64,000 nucleotides of DNA. Origin: Auanema rhodensis (taxonomy: Eukaryota; Animalia; Nematoda). The position numbers and the translations under genes were made by a program. The notes under the pieces are model-generated. The model saw nothing but the letters and a program-made list of their open reading frames with translations, ran no database searches and had not been told where the DNA came from. This document shows positions 58,701-64,000 of this stretch, one piece after another. Each line of letters starts with the position of its first letter. The first letter of the stretch is position 1. The stretch lies in assembly GCA_964057225.1 (NCBI GenBank), contig OZ059895.1, forward strand, positions 13,578,001 to 13,642,000, given 5' to 3'.

Positions 58701-61700
58701 CCAATCCATGCCAATTTCAACATCGGGATTCCATTTTTCTTCTCCAGTGCTACCCCATGCCCAAACAGTTTGCTTTTCATTTTGACCATCACATTCCAAA
58801 CTTTTTTGTAGTGCATTGAATGCAGCGATTTTGGAATATTCTGTCAAAAATGAGGATACACGTGGTGATTCAGGACGGTACCGCGAAGGAGATCCCGAAA
58901 CTACAAAATGAGTTAAGAATAGATGAAGAGTTTATAATTACTTGATAATGCTTGCCCTCGTCTCTCAGATGATGGTAGTATCTCTTCTTCATTAATGACC
59001 ACAATACTTTTACCAGCAACATAATGATGAGCAAGTTTAGACCGACCCTGAAATTATTACAATATTTGAACATTCTAATTTAACAAAGTATAACACATAT
59101 AAAACAAAAAGATTTTTTTACTTTTTCATCAACTGGGAAAACGTGAATCCATCTTCTTCTATTTGCCGTTATGGGTACTATGAACTCTTCTGGACGAAAT
59201 GGATTTATCAAAGTGCTGTTCTCAATTCCTCCATTTCGAAAAATTTGCATATCAAGACTATCCTGAGTTCCTCTCCTCTGATATGGAACAGTTGTTTTTT
59301 TTTTACTGATAGCTACAAATATATAACAAATTATACAACATAGAAATAGTAATTACGTGGTGCGGGCACATCGGGAACACATTTATTATTTGGAGAAGAA
59401 GATAGTCCCATGAACTGCTCGCGAGCGAATAGTCTCTTGAAAAAAAAGGATGTATTAGGTATGAATTTTAATAACTTACATCTAGAACTTGTTTTGACTT
59501 CGGGGAATCGTCATCGTTAGAAATGACTCCTAATTCGCGTTTTAATTCATCTTCATAGGAAAAATAACCTTAACCGAGAACTAAGAATTACAAAAGAAAA
59601 TTATAATCAGTTTTTATCAATATATGACTTGATAATCTTTAAAACAATATAGAAAGAACAAGAGCATTACCTCCTTTTGTATTTAACATTTTTGCAAAGG
59701 CTGCCGTATCATATCCAGACATGTTCATTCCTTTATCTGTTGCTCCTTCTAGCATTAATCCACTTCGAGCGCACTGATTCAACATTTTAGACAGATATTA
59801 AAGTGTGATTTACCAATAAACTATTTGGAAGTACAATCCGTGGACGAAAATGCATAGTAATAGCACTTCTACCATCCATTCTATAATAAGAATAATTCAT
59901 CCAATGAGGAATAAAATAGTCTTCTTTCGGGAAAGTATCTATAAAACACATAATATTAAAGTTAAAAACAAAAGAAAAACCTTCGTTATGAAAAACAAAG
60001 AGTGGAACTGCATGCAAAGGTTGTTCACCAAGACAAACCTAAAAATATAAAGTCAAAAATGTATGTATTCTAAAAATAAACCAAATCTAAAGATATCCCC
60101 ATATCAATTATTCTTTGTTTTGTCATGTTCACTAAATCTCGATTGACATTTAAGACCCCACCTCCAGGAGTTACAAAAATAATCTGAATGTATACTTCTT
60201 TGTTTTAATTTTCAAACAATAGTGTAGCAAAGGAAAAGGTGATACCTGCTGTCCAGTTGTTTCGAATCTTCTATCAGAATGATAAATGCTAAAAGAGTTC
60301 ATACTCATATTCAAAACTTGTAAGAAATTTCCATCAGCTGCTGTTGAAATTTCATATTTATCCCTGGAATCGAAGTCAATTGTAAATAGAATTTTAACAG
60401 CCCACTTCATTGAAGGATAACTCGAAGCCAATTGCTCTTTGATTTTTCCTTGATAGCTTCCATATGTTCTCTTCAGCTAAATTAGATGGTTACAACTAAT
60501 TAATTAGAAGTAATGTTTCTTACTGATAGCAAAACGTTGTTCCAATCCTCGTAGTGCTCGTTTTGAACCAAAAGGCGATAAAAATCCTGGGAAATTACAA
60601 TCAAGTAAATAAAAGCTGAATTACTTGAAAATATCGTCCGCGATGATCCTTAGTTCCAGATCCTAGTTTTGCCATTGTTTCTTCGTCTGGTGTCTCAGTG
60701 AAATAAAATCGAGAACATAAAATGATTGAAACATAATGAGCACATTGATGATTCTTCCATCTATTAAAAAGTTCTGCCATGAAACCTGTAAAAAAAACAA
60801 ATAAAACGAAAACATGTGAACAATACAATTACCTTGCACACATTTTTCAAAATACAAGTCCCCTTGTGGATCCAGTTCCCACATCTCAGAACTCATTTGA
60901 ATATAAATTAATACCTGAGAAGAGAGATGATAATGTTCACACATAGAAACTAACCATACTACTACTTGAACGGAATACTACACGAGTTTCTTTACTAACA
61001 TATCCACATTCAACCACGTTTCCTTTAAGCCACATGTCAGAAACCTTTGTCGCTATATTAAAATGCCGCAACTATATGATTAAGTTATATTCCATAACAA
61101 ACAAATTCGGCACCTGTTTATTGAGATATGCACAGTTATCTATCAATTTATTTCTGTATCTCCACATATCAGCCCGGGACATATACAGCTCCTTGAAAGT
61201 TAATTGGATATTATCTAAAGCAATCTTAAAGATCTATTTTAAGCAAGCACAAATGAAAAAAAATTACATCTTTTAACCGATTTTCAGGAATTATCGTTAT
61301 TTTTACTGCCCAATCTGGCTTAAAAATATTAAAATGGTTATCAGGAACAAGATTTTTCTCGATAGAAATGGTTGGTTCCTTCAATGAGAAAAGCATTACT
61401 GTTTATAATATTCACATACCTTTGCACCCATTTTTCGCTCAAGAATAGCATGATCGATATGAAAAATAAGAAAACCATATTTACTAGATTGTTCAGCTTT
61501 TTCAACTTTAACGAAAACACCTTTACGCACATCAACTTCCAAATAAGGCTTAAACAACTTTTTTGAGCAATGAAGAGTGAAATCATCTAACTATCAGAAC
61601 AACGTTATGTTCCAAGCATGTTCGCCTTGGTGTACCAAGGACTGATAGAGAGTTTGAAGAGCAGAATTTACAGTTATCACCATTATGAAGGGTAAGCCTT

Positions 61701-61810
61701 CCTTTTAAAACCTGAAAAATAAAGGCAATTCCATATTTGTATTTTCATGACTGAACCTGGGAACCATCAAAGAACTCGCTGCCACCTGGTTCCGGTAATT
61801 CATCCATCAT
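55789..61810 (-). CDS. DEPDC5: GATOR1 subunit DEPDC5/Iml1
   Basis: [21 protein letters not shown]...[63 protein letters not shown] and FFWAWNHML. Stop at 55789-55791. Confidence 0.93.
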
Positions 61811-62067
61811 TAGAACATTAGCTATGTCAATGAACACATTTTAAACTAAAGTGGAATTGATAAATACACGTGTGGAAAAAACCTAACACAATTTAAAAAG
61901 CTCTTGTTATAATTCATAATGAACCAGATGAAAACAGATATATAACGAATATATTAAGAAAACTTAACAAGTGGTCAAAGAATGGAGAACAAATATCACC
62001 ACGAAAAATTTGAGAATCTTGAGAGACACAGAAGATGAGTACAGATTATTGGTGCCAGGTGATTTGG

Positions 62068-64000
62068 TTATAAAGTATAATCTAGTTCGTAGCGTACGTA
62101 AGTATTGCGATCCGTATCCTCAACCCTAGGATATCCGGCTACCAAAGCATCTTGTGCTCCTAAGATAAGATTGTTGTAAACCTGAAAAATAAAATCGACA
62201 ATATGTTTCGCATGAAAATTAAAACAAGCCTTCCAAACAGGTTCCCGAACTTTCCTGGCAGGATGCCACAAGCATTGTAAACAATATTGCAGAACCTAAA
62301 CTCTCCAATAAAAATTAATCAAATGAATATATAAACCTTAATAGGGCCTAAGGAAACTCTCATGCCTTCGCAGGCAAAAACAAAACGCTGGATAAGATGA
62401 GGAGAATTCTCAAGCATATTTGGCCAAACAAAGTTCAATAAGTGAAGCAAAGCATCCTCACAACCAAAACCATATACACCTACAAAAAAGATATATAAAT
62501 ATTTTACGAGTCAATTTAAACCTAATGCCAAGTGAGCAACAGCATCAATAGCGATCTGTCTGTGGACTTGATCACGTTCCATTAGGGCATCGATAAGAAG
62601 AGGCGTTACGGCATATATATAGTCTTTTGCCATTTCACCGATATACTAATATAGATATTAAGTGGTAAAATAACATATAAATATTTACCTCGAACATGAA
62701 TGATAGTGCTTTAAGTACACCGTTTTGAACATTCATTTCGGGAACTCTGTACTCATTCATGATAGCAGGAAGAACAGTGAAAGGAGCACAGGTTTCTGCT
62801 ACAATAGCTATAGCTACAGTGGTACAAACACGAAGCTGTCGTTCTTGAACTTTAAGATTATTCAGAAGAGTTGCCAAAACATCGTGAGGGCCGATAGCCT
62901 ATTGAAAAACAAATAGTTTACATTCAGTTATCAGAAAATTAAAAATACCTTAGCAATATAGCCAAATGTATTAATGGCTGCCCTTCTGATGCTCTTCTTA
63001 TGAGCTTTCAACAACTCGAGTAATTCAAAACAAATACGCATCCATTCTCTTGCTGATACGAATTCTGAACCTCTATCTGCAATTGCACCGACTAAATCAA
63101 TGCAATTTTCTTGAACTTTCTCGTGTCTATTTTTCAAAATGGGAGTTAATCTGAAAGGGTGATCAAAATCAAGAAAACAAAAAGCGCTTCTTACCTAGGT
63201 AGAAGATCTTTAATAGGAGGTGTCATCTTCGTCATACCAATTACATTGCATATTGACTTGAGAGCACCAAGAATAGATCCAAGAACTTCTGGATACTCCT
63301 CGCCGAGGTATTCGTAGAGAACTAAGCCAAGATGGCTCATTAGTTTTTCTTCTTCGCAGGTATGCATTACTGGTGCAATTCTTGCTATCTGAAAAGAGGA
63401 TAATAGAAGTGTTGGCTAGAGGAACTCACTAGATCAGCAGCCTGCTGACGAACTTTAGCAGCTTTATTGTTCAAACGCCAAAGAATAGTTCCACAAATTT
63501 GAGGAAGATATTGTTTGGTGCGTCTGAAATTAACAGGTATATTATTCGAATATAAGTAACGATACATGCCTCCCTAGAGCTTTGCAAATCGTACCAAAAC
63601 CGTCTAACATTACAACATCTTCTTGTGTTTGTTCTTGGAAAGCATAGAGTATGCCTTTAACATATTGAAATAAACTAAAAACACCTTGAAACAATACCGT
63701 CTATAAGCTGCTCTTCTAAACGAGAATCAATTTCATTACCACCCTGTAGAGCTATTATATTTTCAATCGTTTCCATAACCATTTTTCTGAACAAATTGAA
63801 AATTACCACAATTTTCGATAAAATTAAAACCTATATTGTTCATTCTCATCTTTCAAATCATCTACTATTCTAGCTATCATTTCAGAGCTTCCAACTTTTG
63901 AAGCTATTTCAACAGTAGTATCAACCAATTGTCTAAAAAATGATTTATTCAAATATATAATTTTAATAAAGTACCTATAATTTCTACGATCCATTGCCAT
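62068..64000 (-). CDS. sftb-1: Splicing factor 3B subunit 1 (C-terminal HEAT repeats); gene starts beyond the window
   Basis: [80 protein letters not shown] and C-terminal [10 protein letters not shown]. Confidence 0.97.

Overview
Eukaryotic, AT-rich (roughly 30% GC by eye) and gene-dense DNA from a nematode, probably rhabditid/clade V. The species cannot be determined from the sequence. Genes are broken by very many short introns (about 40-50 nt), so the ORF track shows only fragments; I rebuilt the gene models by hand-splicing. CDS coordinates are start-to-stop spans including introns. In order: abcf-3 (3' part, +), PPTC7 (-), TMEM33 (+), GRWD1 (-), abi-1 (+), bbs-4 (-, with X-box), a 5.3 kb gene-free region, ceh-43/Distal-less (+), an NRF-6/acyltransferase-3 gene (-), an unrecognised helical protein (+), a small coiled-coil gene that is probably kbp-4/Spc24 (-), rab-18 and uaf-1 (+, probable operon), a 94-aa secreted protein missed by the ORF track (+), TMEM245 (+), zer-1 (+), an unrecognised 8-TM protein (-), and a probable operon sftb-1/SF3B1 > DEPDC5 > GPN3 > KANSL2/INO80D-like (-). 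I found no tRNA, rRNA, CRISPR array or intact mobile element. The most striking observations concern splicing. The only two GC-AG introns I found both lie in SF3B1, and one is in-frame and stop-free. About 30 introns use AAG acceptors. uaf-1 has no room for the Caenorhabditis autoregulatory exon. Other leads are a perfect CDE-CHR element identifying the divergent kinetochore-like gene, a candidate MG-starting zer-1 isoform, and long introns or deserts around ceh-43. No novel system is demonstrated; these are leads.
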